DNA of 64,000 bases from an uncultured Acidimicrobiaceae bacterium (GTDB lineage Bacteria; Actinomycetota; Acidimicrobiia; Acidimicrobiales; RAAP-2), in NCBI GenBank assembly GCA_963769905.1, contig CAVYNG010000002.1, positions 772,040 through 836,039 of the forward strand, given 5' to 3'. The notes below the pieces were generated by a model that was not told the DNA's origin, ran no database searches, and saw only the letters and a list, made by a program, of their open reading frames with translations. Within the stretch, counting starts at the first letter, position 1, and each line of letters begins with the position of its first letter. The position numbers and the translations under genes were made by a program. This document shows, one piece after another, positions 63,706 through 64,000 of the stretch.

Positions 63706-64000
63706 ATGACCTCACGACCCCCGCCCGAGGACCAGCGTCCTGCGGAGACCACGGCCGCGACCGGCGACCAGTGGGTGATCGGCCACGGGGACCACCGTGC
63801 CGTGATCACGGAGACCGGGGCCACCCTCCGCTCGTTCACGGTCGGCGAGCGTCCGGTGATCGGCGGCTTCGCGAGCGACGAGTGGAGTCAGGGTGGTCGG
63901 GGACAGGTTCTGGCGCCCTGGCCGAACCGCCTCGGCGACGGCTGCTACTCCTTCGAGGGGATCACCGCGCAAGCCGCTCTCGACGAGCCGGCCGCCGCCA
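63706..64000 (+). CDS. Aldose 1-epimerase-family protein, N-terminal part (runs off the window)
   Basis: Own translation from ATG 63706: MTSRPPPEDQRPAETTAATGDQWVIGHGDHRAVITETGATLRSFTVGERPVIGGFASDEWSQGGRGQVLAPWPNRLGDGCYSFEG. PWPNR(I/L) is typical of the family. Confidence 0.65.
   Translation, partial: MTSRPPPEDQRPAETTAATGDQWVIGHGDHRAVITETGATLRSFTVGERPVIGGFASDEWSQGGRGQVLAPWPNRLGDGCYSFEGITAQAALDEPAAA

Overview
Very high-G+C, densely coding chromosomal segment of actinobacterial type (judged by eye from codon usage, GTG starts and ATGA/GTGA start-stop overlaps; nothing was computed). About 60 genes are supportable.

Gene content, left to right:
- An integrase remnant and an MNT nucleotidyltransferase abut the 3' end of the RNase P RNA gene (rnpB).
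- xseAB and a GT-C membrane glycosyltransferase.
- fadD, an MBL hydrolase and a ferredoxin reductase.
- A translationally coupled MoxR / DUF58 / transglutaminase operon.
- A glpD / alkyl-DHAP-synthase-like flavoprotein / FGGY-kinase operon.
- A Fur-family / erythrin / CCG Fe-S / DUF3501 cluster.
- An SSB paralog and msrB.
- A roughly 19 kb lipid or steroid-type catabolic supercluster: three acyl-CoA dehydrogenases, three acyl-CoA ligases, two SDRs, an ADH, a P450 with ferredoxin, a thiolase and a thiolase-like protein. It carries a KstR-type operator match.
- A methyltransferase-MUG glycosylase fusion.
- A complete kdp locus: an extra micro-ORF, kdpFABC, and an unusual sensor set.
- Assorted hydrolases, arfB, a PRTase-dienelactone hydrolase fusion, surE and a partial aldose epimerase.

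No rRNA, tRNA or CRISPR was found.

Most unusual non-genic structure: the 528-bp convergent intergenic region at 35916-36443. It holds GC-rich tandem repeats, three 20-bp-phased 16-bp palindromes and a low-GC non-coding tail.

Three genes are broken by single-base frameshifts (integrase, DUF4118-GAF, FAH hydrolase). Two of the three lie in homopolymer runs, so sequencing error and true pseudogenisation cannot be separated from the sequence alone.

All functional calls rest on motif recognition by eye. No database search was run.
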